Assembly (NCBI GenBank): GCA_002687905.1
Contig: NZBM01000008.1
Location: 1-61,912 of the forward strand
Length of the DNA stretch: 61,912 bases
Origin: a bacterium
GTDB lineage: Bacteria > Patescibacteriota > Minisyncoccia > Phycocordibacterales > JABMNX01
Direction: 5' to 3'
Positions within the stretch are counted from its first letter, which is position 1; the number at the start of each line of letters is the position of its first letter. This document shows positions 38,486 through 47,644 of the stretch, one piece after another. Position numbers and translations under genes: made by a program. Under the pieces are notes generated by a model. The model saw only the letters and a program-made list of their open reading frames with translations, was not told the DNA's origin and did not search any database.

Positions 38486-39615
38486 AGATAGTTTTTACTG
38501 GAGGGGGTTCTGGAGGACATTTTTATCCGATTATTGCGGTAGCGCAGTCAGTACGCGATGTTATAGCCGAGAAAAAATTACTCAAGCCGGAGCTTTACTA
38601 CATAGGCCCCAAACCTTTCGACGAAAGAGCTCTTTTTGAAAATGACATAGAGTTTAGAAAAAGCGCGGCGGGAAAGATTCGTCGCTATTTCTCAATCAAA
38701 AATATTTTTGACTCAATAAAAACAACCTGGGGGGTTATAAAAGCAGTATTCCAAATATATTCAATTTATCCAGATGTAGTCTTTAGCAAAGGGGGATATG
38801 CAAGTTTTCCAACAGTCCTTGCTACAAAGCTATTTCGTATTCCTCTTATTATTCATGAATCAGATGCGGCGGCAGGTAGGGTAAATAAATGGGCCGGGAA
38901 ATTTGCAAATAAAGTTGCTGTGTCATACCCGGAGACTGCAGAAGATTTCCCGGAGGAGAAGGTTGCCTACACTGGAAACCCGATAAGAAAGGATTTGTTT
39001 AATTTGCAACGCGAGGGAGCTCGCGAGTATCTAAACCTTGAGACAACAGTGCCGGTAATTCTAATTATGGGTGGTTCTCAAGGTTCACAAGCTATTAACG
39101 ATAAAGTTTTAGACGCGCTACCAGAGCTTGTTAAGGACTATCAGATAATTCATCAAGTAGGGGAGAAAAACATAAAAGAGATTGAAGGGGTAGCTAAGGT
39201 GGTTCTAGATGGCAACCAAAATATAACGAGGTACCATCCATTTGGAACGCTAGACACCTTGGCTCTTAGGATGTCAGCGGGAGCGGCTAGTTTAATAGTC
39301 TCTAGAGCCGGCTCAGGAGCCCTATTTGAGATAGCGGCGTGGGGAGTTCCAAGTATAATTATCCCTATTCCAGAGGACGTATCGCACGATCAGCAGAAAA
39401 ATGCATTCTCTTTTGCAAAGGCCGGGGCGTGTGTAGTGGTCCATCAGAAAAACCTCACAGCACATCTGCTTGTGTCTGAAATAAATAGATTAATGAACGA
39501 TGAAGGTGAGCGAGCAAAAATGGGAGAAGCGGCAAAGACATTTTCAAAACCAGATGCAGCAAAGGTGCTCGCTGAAGCTATTATGGAGACTGCTCTAGAA
39601 CATGAGTCCTCGTAA
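38482..39615 (+). CDS. murG: UDP-N-acetylglucosamine-LPS-type transferase MurG
   Basis: FTGGGSGGHFYP G-loop; SRAGSGALFE; ATGA overlap with ftsW. Confidence 0.9.
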   Translation: MKIVFTGGGSGGHFYPIIAVAQSVRDVIAEKKLLKPELYYIGPKPFDERALFENDIEFRKSAAGKIRRYFSIKNIFDSIKTTWGVIKAVFQIYSIYPDVVFSKGGYASFPTVLATKLFRIPLIIHESDAAAGRVNKWAGKFANKVAVSYPETAEDFPEEKVAYTGNPIRKDLFNLQREGAREYLNLETTVPVILIMGGSQGSQAINDKVLDALPELVKDYQIIHQVGEKNIKEIEGVAKVVLDGNQNITRYHPFGTLDTLALRMSAGAASLIVSRAGSGALFEIAAWGVPSIIIPIPEDVSHDQQKNAFSFAKAGACVVVHQKNLTAHLLVSEINRLMNDEGERAKMGEAAKTFSKPDAAKVLAEAIMETALEHESS

Positions 39616-40924
39616 CCTACTCAATTCAATATTTGGGAAAAAGGAAAAAGTTGTAACAAGAATTGCAGCAAGCCCTACCGGGAACCTTCACGTTGGAACA
39701 GCACGTTCGGCGCTTTTTAATTACTTATTTGCCAGAAAAAACAAGGGCAAATTTATTATCCGAATAGAGGATACTGACGAGAGCCGTAGTGAAAGGGAGT
39801 ACGAGAAAAATATCCTTGATGGTCTAAACTGGCTCGGACTTGAATCCGATGAAGTAGTAAAGCAGTCTGATTTAGTAGAAAGACATACAGAGTGTATAGA
39901 AAAATTGCTTTTAGAAGATAAGGCATATGAATCTCTCGAAGATGGAAACAAAGTCATAAGATTAAGAAATAATGGGGGAGAGGTAGTCTTTAATGACTTG
40001 GTACGAGGAGAGATAAAATTTGATGTAGGCGAGTTAGGAGATTTCATAATAGCCAGGTCTAGAACCTCACCCCTTTATCATTTAGCTGTTGTTGTGGATG
40101 ATGCCGATATGGACGTAACTCATGTTATTAGGGGAGAAGACCACATATCAAATACACCGCGTCAGATTTTGATACAACAGGCACTAGGCTTTAAACGCCC
40201 AAAATATGCACATATTCCGCTTATTTTAGCCCCAGATCGCTCCAAATTATCAAAACGCACTGGAAGTACGTCAATTGATGAATTTAGGAAAAATGGCTAT
40301 TTAGCCGGGGCGTTTCTAAATTACCTGGCACTCCTCGGATGGAATCCAGGAACTGACAAAGAGCTATTTACAATGGACGAACTTATAAGAGAATTTGATT
40401 TAAATGGCATACAGAAAGGAGGTGCAATCTTTGATGAAGAGAAGTTGAAATGGTTTAACCGAGAACATATATCTAATCTAAGCGAAGAGGATAAATTATC
40501 TTATTTTTCTAAATCTCTTTCAGGATTTGATAAAGAAACTGCAATAAAGATGATTCCAGTAGTAGAAGAGAGATTCAGCACAACTCTAGAAGTAAGAAAT
40601 GCAATAAGGGAAGATGAATTTTCATATTTTAGTGAGAGACCAGCAGTGGACGAGACAAAGGTAAGTTGGAAAAAGGATTCTTTTAAAGATACTTTGATGC
40701 ATTTAGAGAATGTTATGGAGCTCCTTGAGAAAGTACCTGAGTCTGACTTTACGGAAGAAAATATAAAAGAGGCAATTTGGTCTTATGCGTCGCGTGAAGG
40801 TACTGGATCGGTACTCTGGCCTATGCGCTACGCTCTTACTGGTAAAGAAAAATCTCCAAGTCCTTTTAGTGTTGCTGCGGTACTTGGCAAGGAAGAAACT
40901 CTTTCGCGTTTAAGGTTACAATAG
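39602..40924 (+). CDS. gltX: glutamyl-tRNA synthetase (short, 440 aa)
   Basis: ASPTGNLHVGTARSAL (HIGH), KLSKR (KMSKS). Confidence 0.9.
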   Translation: MSPRNLLNSIFGKKEKVVTRIAASPTGNLHVGTARSALFNYLFARKNKGKFIIRIEDTDESRSEREYEKNILDGLNWLGLESDEVVKQSDLVERHTECIEKLLLEDKAYESLEDGNKVIRLRNNGGEVVFNDLVRGEIKFDVGELGDFIIARSRTSPLYHLAVVVDDADMDVTHVIRGEDHISNTPRQILIQQALGFKRPKYAHIPLILAPDRSKLSKRTGSTSIDEFRKNGYLAGAFLNYLALLGWNPGTDKELFTMDELIREFDLNGIQKGGAIFDEEKLKWFNREHISNLSEEDKLSYFSKSLSGFDKETAIKMIPVVEERFSTTLEVRNAIREDEFSYFSERPAVDETKVSWKKDSFKDTLMHLENVMELLEKVPESDFTEENIKEAIWSYASREGTGSVLWPMRYALTGKEKSPSPFSVAAVLGKEETLSRLRLQ

Positions 40925-40928
40925 GGGA

Positions 40929-42260
40929 ATGAATTCGTGCTTAAAGCACATTTTAGTGTCGTCTTTTTTGATGCTGGCGCTTTTTGTATTTGATGTAAGT
41001 GCGGCCAATTTAGATGACCTAAAGGGACAAATTAATGAGAGAAATAAAAAGATAGTAGAGCTTGAAGCTGAAATAGCCGAATATGAAGAGGAATTAGTTG
41101 AAATAGGGGAGGAGAGACAAACGCTTGAAAGCGCAGTGAATACTCTCGACATATCAAGAAGAAAGCTTTCAACCGATATAAAAGTCACTGAAAATAGAAT
41201 TACCTCTACAAGTCTTCAGATTGAGGAACTTGGAGGGGAGATAGGGGGCAAGGAGCGCCTTATTGCTCAAAATAATAAAGCGGTTGCGCAAGCTATAAGG
41301 AAAATAAACGAGATTGAATCCCAAACCTTAGTAGAGGCGGTTTTAGTTCACGATGATTTAAATGAATTTTGGGACGAACTTGAGACACTGCAAAGATTTC
41401 AAATTGTAGTAAGAGATGAGCTAAAAGAATTGGAGGTTCTTAAAGAGGATTTGGAAAATACTAAAGATAAATCTGAAATTAAGAAAAGGGACCTTACAGG
41501 TTTTAGAAATGAACTGGGCGGACAGAAGAGAGTTCTTGATGATACTAGGGAAGAGAAGAATACTTTACTTAAGGAAACAAAAAATGAAGAAGCCGAGTAC
41601 CAGACTCTTCTTAATGAAAAGAAGGAAGCGAGAGAGCGTTTTGAGCAAGAACTCTTTGAGCTTCAGTCACAGCTTCAAATTGCAATTGACCCTACAAGTA
41701 TTCCCCCAGCTGGATCAGGAGTATTGAGGTGGCCTTTTGATACTTCCTATATGCAAAAGTGCCAGTCCTACAAGACATCTCTTGGAAATATATTTTGTGT
41801 GACTCAATATTTCGGAAATACCAAGTTTGCTACAAAGAACCCCCAAGTTTATGGAGGGAAGGGGCACAACGGTGTTGACTTCAGAGCGCCAACCGGAACT
41901 AAGCTAAGAGTCTCTCTTGGAGGCATTGTAACAGGCTCTGGTAATACTGATTTACAGCGAGGGTGCTTCTCTTATGGAAAGTGGGTTCTTATAAAGCACA
42001 ACAATGGTCTATCAACCTTATATGCGCATCTCTCTCATATAAGCGTATCTTCAGGAGAGGTTCTTGTAAGTGGAGATTTGATTGGATATAGCGGAAATAC
42101 GGGATACTCAACAGGGCCGCACCTTCATTTTGCTGTATTTGCTACTCAAGGAATTCAAATTGTTAGACTCGGAGATGTGAAGAGGGTTACTAATTGCAGT
42201 AATGTAAAAATACCTATTGCTCCTTTAGAAGCTTACTTAAATCCACTATCTTATTTATAG
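40929..42260 (+). CDS. M23 family metallopeptidase with N-terminal coiled coil (EnvC-like)
   Basis: Long heptad region, then HNGVDF...YAHLS...GYSTGPHLHF LytM motifs. Confidence 0.8.
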   Translation: MNSCLKHILVSSFLMLALFVFDVSAANLDDLKGQINERNKKIVELEAEIAEYEEELVEIGEERQTLESAVNTLDISRRKLSTDIKVTENRITSTSLQIEELGGEIGGKERLIAQNNKAVAQAIRKINEIESQTLVEAVLVHDDLNEFWDELETLQRFQIVVRDELKELEVLKEDLENTKDKSEIKKRDLTGFRNELGGQKRVLDDTREEKNTLLKETKNEEAEYQTLLNEKKEARERFEQELFELQSQLQIAIDPTSIPPAGSGVLRWPFDTSYMQKCQSYKTSLGNIFCVTQYFGNTKFATKNPQVYGGKGHNGVDFRAPTGTKLRVSLGGIVTGSGNTDLQRGCFSYGKWVLIKHNNGLSTLYAHLSHISVSSGEVLVSGDLIGYSGNTGYSTGPHLHFAVFATQGIQIVRLGDVKRVTNCSNVKIPIAPLEAYLNPLSYL

Positions 42261-42344
42261 GTGTGAATAATGCACTTGCGCTTACTTTCTAGCGTGGAAA
42301 AATAAATATAGGTCGTATTAAATTACATTTTATTTACAAAACAT

Positions 42345-42575
42345 ATGCACATGTTACATAAAGTTGCTTGGGTTTTTGTAGTAGTTGGAGCACTAAACTG
42401 GTTATGGTTCGGGCTAGCAGGATCAGAACTAGGATCATATCTAGGAGGAATGGATGGAACCACAGCAAGAGTTGTTTACGTAGTAGTAGGTCTTGCAGGT
42501 CTATGGCTACTTGTTTCAAAGTTCATGATGAAGGGTCGCCATGGTGGTGGCGGATCAATGGGCGGAGGCAACTAA
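42345..42575 (+). CDS. DUF378-like small membrane protein
   Basis: KVAWVFVVVGALNWLWFGL pattern and glycine-rich tail. Confidence 0.6.
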   Translation: MHMLHKVAWVFVVVGALNWLWFGLAGSELGSYLGGMDGTTARVVYVVVGLAGLWLLVSKFMMKGRHGGGGSMGGGN

Positions 42576-42597
42576 TTTTCTCAGCTTAATTCAGAAG

Positions 42598-42618
42598 AGC
42601 CGCTCACGCGGCTTTTTT
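42598..42618 (+). terminator. rho-independent terminator
   Basis: AGCCGC-TCAC-GCGGCT followed by TTTTT. Confidence 0.7.
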
Positions 42619-42633
42619 GATTTAAAAGGAAAT

Positions 42634-42996
42634 GCGCCGGCTGTGGGAGGTCCTTCCAGCCGGCGCTTCGCATCGCTTTTGGAGGTCCCCGTGGGGGCGT
42701 GTGACCCAGCGGAGAGGAGCGATGCTAGGTTAGCCCATACAACCTAACCATAAGAGACATCCTAATTGAAATAAATATAAAAGCAAGAAAAATAAAATGA
42801 CCGCCCGGCTCCAGGGGCGGCCAAGTCACGTCTAGTCGCTTGAGGGCTTCTGCGTAAGCCACTCGCGCTCCAATAGAATAGGGGAGGGGGAGCAATTTAG
42901 CAAGTTAAAAAGGACCCGCTGGTTTGCGAGTTTCGCAAATGCTCCAGCGGGCCAAGGTGTCGCCGGTAGGCGCGGGGGCGTTTTGTGCCATACACC
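42634..42996. other. GC-rich, hairpin-dense non-coding island (candidate small RNAs, identity unknown)
   Basis: Nested stems at 42634-42666, 42670-42725, 42726-42746, 42801-42820, 42845-42860, 42912-42953 and 42956-42996. Two of them are followed by T-runs when read on the minus strand. Confidence 0.35.
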
Positions 42997-43377
42997 AGCG
43001 ATAGGTTAATTCTAAATTCAAAAAATTTTTCTTAACAGTGGATAAGTATTAAGAGTCGGAAAAGATATATTGTGCGACACATATATAATTAAGGAATGTA
43101 GCAAATAAGCCCTATTCCCTACATATATTAGCTAAAGCAACCTTATAATTTTTAGACTGTGTTATCTCCCTCCCCTCTGCTATGTATTACTCACTCTTCT
43201 GTTTACATTAATACAAATAAATTCTATTTACCTTGTTTGAATTTAAATTCTTTTTTCAGATCATTTGATTCACATCTTTTATATAAATACGAGGAGCTAA
43301 ATTCTACGTATAAAACTTTGAGAAACTATTCCCTGTTTCGTTATATAATTTTCGTATTAATAATAAAGTAAGTATTT

Positions 43378-43758
43378 ATGAATAAATTACTTCCATGGGG
43401 TCCGCTTGTCGCTCGTATTGTTGTTGGCGGATTTTTCATAATGTCTGGAGTAGCAAAAATTACAGGCTTTGCTGGTATTGTTGCTTTCGCAGCTTCCGCA
43501 GGTCTCCCTGCGCCGGCTTTGGCTATTATGATTGCAATAGTAGTTGAGCTACTTGGTGGTCTTTCTGTACTTCTTGGTTACAAGATTCAGTGGGGCGCAC
43601 TTGCGCTTGCTCTTTTTGTGGTAGCTACCGCAGTTCTCTTTCACGCTGACTTTGCTGACCAAGCACAACAGACTGCATTTATGAAGAATCTTGCCATCGC
43701 GGGTGGTCTTCTCTATATGGCACGCTTCGGTCCCGGAAAAATGTCTATCGAAAAGTAG
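43378..43758 (+). CDS. DoxX family membrane protein
   Basis: LVARIVVGGFFIMSGVAKI...ELLGGLSVLLG pattern. Confidence 0.75.
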   Translation: MNKLLPWGPLVARIVVGGFFIMSGVAKITGFAGIVAFAASAGLPAPALAIMIAIVVELLGGLSVLLGYKIQWGALALALFVVATAVLFHADFADQAQQTAFMKNLAIAGGLLYMARFGPGKMSIEK

Positions 43759-43780
43759 TCTATATTTTAGGCCTAAATTT

Positions 43781-43808
43781 GCGACTCACTTGGTTGAGTC
43801 GCTTTTTT
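43781..43808. terminator. bidirectional terminator hairpin (palindromic box family 1, copy 1)
   Basis: AAATTT-GCGACTCA-CTTGGT-TGAGTCGC-TTTTTT between convergent DoxX and LOG genes. Confidence 0.7.
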
Positions 43809-44532
43809 AGTTTCTAAGTGCACTACACTTTGGCACATTCTTTATTATTGTCTCGTATGCCTCCTCTGTTGAATCAACAATATGAAAAAGGGTCATATCC
43901 TCCGGCGAGATTGTGTGATGTTTTTCTAAAAGTTGTGTCTTAAAGCATTTAATAAGGGGTTCCCAATATGCTTTTCCGTATAAAATTATGGGAATTTTTC
44001 GTATTTTTTTTGTCTGCACTAATGTAAGAATCTCAAAAAACTCATCCATCGTCCCAAAGCCCCCCGGGAAATAAACATAAACTTCTGAAGCAGAAGCAAG
44101 CATTACCCTTCTTGTGAAGAAGTAATGAAAATCTTCTGAATCATTTGTAAATTCATTGAGCCCCTGCTCATTTGGCAGTTCTATATTTAATCCGACAGAC
44201 TTTCCTCCTGCTTCAAAGGCACCTTTGTTTGCAGCTTCCATCACACCTGGTCCCCCACCTGTAATAACGGCAAAACCGGCTCTAGCGAGCTTGCCAGCCA
44301 GCACTTCTGCTTCATCATATATTCTATCTCCCAGGCCACATCTAGCCGAACCATAAAATGTTACGGCAAGTGAGTATTTGCGTAGAAGCTCAAAGCCTTC
44401 CACTAGTTCCCCCATTATTCTAAAAACTCGCCAGGAACTCTCGCTTTCGCTAAAAAGCTCCTCGTCTATCCGACAGGTATTTGCAGGCGCTTTTTTGTCT
44501 AAATTATCTCCTTCAGGGTCAAGTTCTCGCAT
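43807..44532 (-). CDS. LOG family (TIGR00730) nucleotide phosphoribohydrolase
   Basis: GGGPGVMEAANKGA and PGGFGTMDEFFE motifs. Confidence 0.85.
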   Translation of the reverse strand: MRELDPEGDNLDKKAPANTCRIDEELFSESESSWRVFRIMGELVEGFELLRKYSLAVTFYGSARCGLGDRIYDEAEVLAGKLARAGFAVITGGGPGVMEAANKGAFEAGGKSVGLNIELPNEQGLNEFTNDSEDFHYFFTRRVMLASASEVYVYFPGGFGTMDEFFEILTLVQTKKIRKIPIILYGKAYWEPLIKCFKTQLLEKHHTISPEDMTLFHIVDSTEEAYETIIKNVPKCSALRN

Positions 44533-44552
44533 TAAAAACTATTGTAACACTA

Positions 44553-45149
44553 CTATTTTTCTTTTTGCCAAGGAATTGGGAATTCATCAAACTCTGGTAG
44601 AAGTTTTTTATCATAAAGAAGTCTTGAAAGCACTTCTGCGTGTGAAAGCGCCCCTGTAAGAGCATTATGCGGAGCAGGTTCATTTGGTATTCCACAGTAA
44701 TTTAGAACGGCGTCTAGATTAAGAGCTGACCTTTGCTTTTCCATTGGTGGCTTATTCCCTCTTTTAACAATATGCATCCAAGCCAACGTATGTGTATCAA
44801 TTGTTCTGTACGCCAGCTCCCAATTTAAATGAACACGCTCGGCTGCCGTTTTTAAGAAATCTCTATCAAAGGATACATTCTGCCCTGCAAGCATATGGTC
44901 GCCCACACTCTTTGCCCATTCTAGAAACTCTGTAATTAATTCTCCTTCGGTTTTTTTATTCGGGTCAGTGATTTCTTCTTTTGTCAGTCCGTTTACTTCA
45001 AGCGCTTCGTCCATTATATGAGCCCCATCCCAAATCCTACACTCGCCATAAAAACGATTCTCTGGATTGGCTAAATCAAGAGCTCCAATTGATACAATTG
45101 AATGCTTGTGATATTCGGTTCCGGATGCTTCTACATCTACTACTATCAT
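44553..45149 (-). CDS. DEDD-type 3-prime-5-prime exonuclease domain protein
   Basis: MIVVDVEASGT (Exo I), GQNVSFD (Exo II), HNALTGAL (Exo III, DEDDh). Confidence 0.75.
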   Translation of the reverse strand: MIVVDVEASGTEYHKHSIVSIGALDLANPENRFYGECRIWDGAHIMDEALEVNGLTKEEITDPNKKTEGELITEFLEWAKSVGDHMLAGQNVSFDRDFLKTAAERVHLNWELAYRTIDTHTLAWMHIVKRGNKPPMEKQRSALNLDAVLNYCGIPNEPAPHNALTGALSHAEVLSRLLYDKKLLPEFDEFPIPWQKEK

Positions 45150-45158
45150 TTTAAATAT

Positions 45159-45524
45159 TTATTTAAGTCCCTTACAATTTGCTGCTGGTGTGTACCCTGC
45201 CCTTCTAGCTTCTTCAATTGTGCTAAATTCTACCTTATTTTGAGGAGCTATGCGCTTTGCTCCAGAGCACCAAGGGTAGTGATATTTGCTGCCATTTCTT
45301 GATGCCACAACCGCCCCTCCTCCTAAGGAGGCTGTTGAGGTCAAATCAGTGCCTAATTCAGCGCTAATTATCTCCACGGGCTCTTTTTTGGTCTCAAGAG
45401 CGGACAATCTACCCAGACCAAAAGAGCCCGTTCCTACTAAAATAATGATTAAAATAAGGGCAGTTTTCGAGTCCAGAATATCCTCAGATTGCTTGATTTT
45501 AGCCCAAATCTCTCGTATACTCAT
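45159..45524 (-). CDS. membrane-anchored sunset/Ada-Zn-like domain protein
   Basis: N-terminal TM helix; C-terminal [14 protein letters not shown]...[14 protein letters not shown]. Confidence 0.55.
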   Translation of the reverse strand: MSIREIWAKIKQSEDILDSKTALILIIILVGTGSFGLGRLSALETKKEPVEIISAELGTDLTSTASLGGGAVVASRNGSKYHYPWCSGAKRIAPQNKVEFSTIEEARRAGYTPAANCKGLK

Positions 45525-45544
45525 CTTTCAAGTATAAAGTCAAT

Positions 45545-45817
45545 ATGGCACATAAAAAAGCTGGTGGATCAGCTAAAAACCTAAGAGACTCAAACCCGAA
45601 ATACCTCGGCACAAAGCTCTATCAAGGCGCTAAGGCCAAAATCGGCTCTATTATTGTGCGTCAGCGCGGAACCAAAATTGAACCCGGTAAAAATGTTGGA
45701 CTGGGAAATGACCACACCCTTTTTGCGACAAAGGAGGGCACGGTTCAGTTTAGAGACAAAAGAAAAACTCGTTTTGACGGAAAGGTGGTCAGAAAAAAGG
45801 TAGTGGACGTTCTCTAG
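45545..45817 (+). CDS. rpmA: 50S ribosomal protein L27
   Basis: [22 protein letters not shown]...VRQRGTK. Confidence 0.95.
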   Translation: MAHKKAGGSAKNLRDSNPKYLGTKLYQGAKAKIGSIIVRQRGTKIEPGKNVGLGNDHTLFATKEGTVQFRDKRKTRFDGKVVRKKVVDVL

Positions 45818-46257
45818 CTCGCTTTTACGACAAGTTTAAGGACGCCTTTCTTACCTCCCGCCTCAAGTTCAATATCGAATTCACCAACCTCTTTTATGGA
45901 GCTTTTTAATTGAATAGACTCTTTTGAAAGCTCAATTTCTTTTTGCTCTTTAAGAGTTTTTACAATAGCGAGCGCAGTAATTCCTTTAAATAAGCGACCT
46001 TTCTCATTTGCCTCTTGTGTAATTTCTACTTTAGTCTTCTTTAAATCAGCAAGAGCTTTCGTAAGGACATCTGATTTTTCTTTTTCTTCGGCAAGTTGCT
46101 CCTTCTTCATTAACTCAATTCCCTTCACTTTTTTATCTGTAGCTACTTCGGCCAGTCCATTTGGAATTAAAAAATTCATTGCGTATCCATCTGCAACATT
46201 TTTTACATCATATTTTACTCCAACCCCTGTTACATCATTTACTAATATTACTTTCAT
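45814..46257 (-). CDS. rplI: 50S ribosomal protein L9
   Basis: MKVILVNDV...[16 protein letters not shown]. Confidence 0.9.
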   Translation of the reverse strand: MKVILVNDVTGVGVKYDVKNVADGYAMNFLIPNGLAEVATDKKVKGIELMKKEQLAEEKEKSDVLTKALADLKKTKVEITQEANEKGRLFKGITALAIVKTLKEQKEIELSKESIQLKSSIKEVGEFDIELEAGGKKGVLKLVVKAS

Positions 46258-46260
46258 ACT

Positions 46261-47502
46261 TTATAAAGATTTAAGATAATCTGCAGCGGCTTCAAGTTGT
46301 GTGTCTACTCCATTCTCAAAGGATTCTTCGTCAAAATCAATCTCAATATCTGGAGCCAATCCCCCATCTGAGATTGAATTTCCGTTTGGCGTAAGCCAGC
46401 GCGCAATTGTGACCTTAAGCGAGGTTTCGTCTGTGACTGAAACCAACTCCTGTATCGAACCTTTTCCAAAAGTGTTATTTCCAACTAAAGTAGCTATTCC
46501 GTGCTCACGAAGTGCTCCTGCCAATATTTCAGACGCTGAAGCCGAACCGCCGTTTATAAGAATTGCTAACTTAAGATTCTCGTTGAATATATCATAACCG
46601 CGCGATCTATGAACGTTTGCTTTTACTCCTTCCCCAAAACTCTCCGACACAATTACCTTCCCGGTTGGTAAAAACCAACTCGCCATATCTACTGATGCTC
46701 CGAGAAATCCGCCGGGGTTTCCGCGAAGGTCAATAATCAGTTTGTCTGAGTCAGATATTATAAATGGTCTAAGAGCCTGTCTGAACAAGTTTTGAGATAT
46801 GGCAGAGAAGTTATAAAGCTCTATAACATAAACACCGTCATCTCTAAGTCCTGCCCCGTCTTCGGGTTCAATATTTATTGTTGGAATTTCTATGACGTCA
46901 CGGATTACAGAGATGGTTAGGGGCTCATCCACTCCTTCTCTAAATATAGTAAACACAACTTCAGTTCCTCTTTCTCCTCTTATAATCTTTACGGCTTTAT
47001 CAACTGTAAGACTTGAAGTTTCTGCCTCATCAATTCTTAAAATTTTGTCACCACTTTTTATTCCGGCATTATAAGCGGGAGTTCCTTTAAGAGGAGCTAT
47101 AACAGTCAGTATGTTGTCACGAATCCCAATCTCCATTCCAACTCCTTCAAAATTTCCACTTATATCTGCTTCAAAGAGTTCAGCGTCCTCCGGTGGCAAA
47201 AATACCGTATAAGGATCTTCAAGTGAGTTAGTGAGGCCCTGTATCATCCCCCACACCCTGTCCTCGCTATCTACGACTGAAGTAGTAGTAGCTGCAACGT
47301 ATTTATCATCAAGTAGATTCCACACCTTCCACACAGGAGTAAAATCAATATTTTGAGGCTGGGTTATATCAACCTTTGCATTCACACCCGCCCCTCCGTT
47401 TCCCGCGAAAAGTCCCGCAAAAAAAGCAATCGCAACCAAAAGCACCACCGCTACGGCAGTTGTAACTAGCTGTGCCTTCTTATCACCTTTTTGAGTGAGC
47501 AT
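46261..47502 (-). CDS. S41 family C-terminal processing peptidase
   Basis: PDZ segment (GDKILRIDE), LRGNPGG, INGGSASASEI motifs. Confidence 0.85.
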   Translation of the reverse strand: MLTQKGDKKAQLVTTAVAVVLLVAIAFFAGLFAGNGGAGVNAKVDITQPQNIDFTPVWKVWNLLDDKYVAATTTSVVDSEDRVWGMIQGLTNSLEDPYTVFLPPEDAELFEADISGNFEGVGMEIGIRDNILTVIAPLKGTPAYNAGIKSGDKILRIDEAETSSLTVDKAVKIIRGERGTEVVFTIFREGVDEPLTISVIRDVIEIPTINIEPEDGAGLRDDGVYVIELYNFSAISQNLFRQALRPFIISDSDKLIIDLRGNPGGFLGASVDMASWFLPTGKVIVSESFGEGVKANVHRSRGYDIFNENLKLAILINGGSASASEILAGALREHGIATLVGNNTFGKGSIQELVSVTDETSLKVTIARWLTPNGNSISDGGLAPDIEIDFDEESFENGVDTQLEAAADYLKSL

Positions 47503-47545
47503 GTTGCGTAATTATTGCACAGTTAAATAATACGGGTCAATTTTA

Positions 47546-47621
47546 CCCCCACACCTTTCATTGCAAAGCTGGTCTCTTAAAAACCAGCGCTCGCAGAGCA
47601 TTACAATGAAAGGTGTGGGGG
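47546..47621. repeat. 18-bp perfect inverted repeat enclosing 40 nt, in the ctp/corA divergent region
   Basis: 47546-47563 CCCCCACACCTTTCATTG = reverse complement of 47604-47621; inner hairpin GCTGGT...ACCAGC at 47568-47588. Confidence 0.9.
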
Positions 47622-47644
47622 TTAAGTTGTTATATAATATATTC

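Noticed and set aside
42541-42747. 68-aa plus-strand ORF, plus the 70-aa ORF at 43159-43371, in the large non-coding gap
   Set aside because: The first starts inside the DUF378 gene and runs through its terminator and the GC hairpins. The second is an AT-rich low-complexity frame. Neither has an RBS or start context.
47546-47621. M-box (Mg2+) riboswitch upstream of corA
   Set aside because: The element is a simple long perfect hairpin of about 76 nt. It lacks the multi-helix M-box organisation and the conserved segments I remember. It is kept only as an unexplained inverted repeat.
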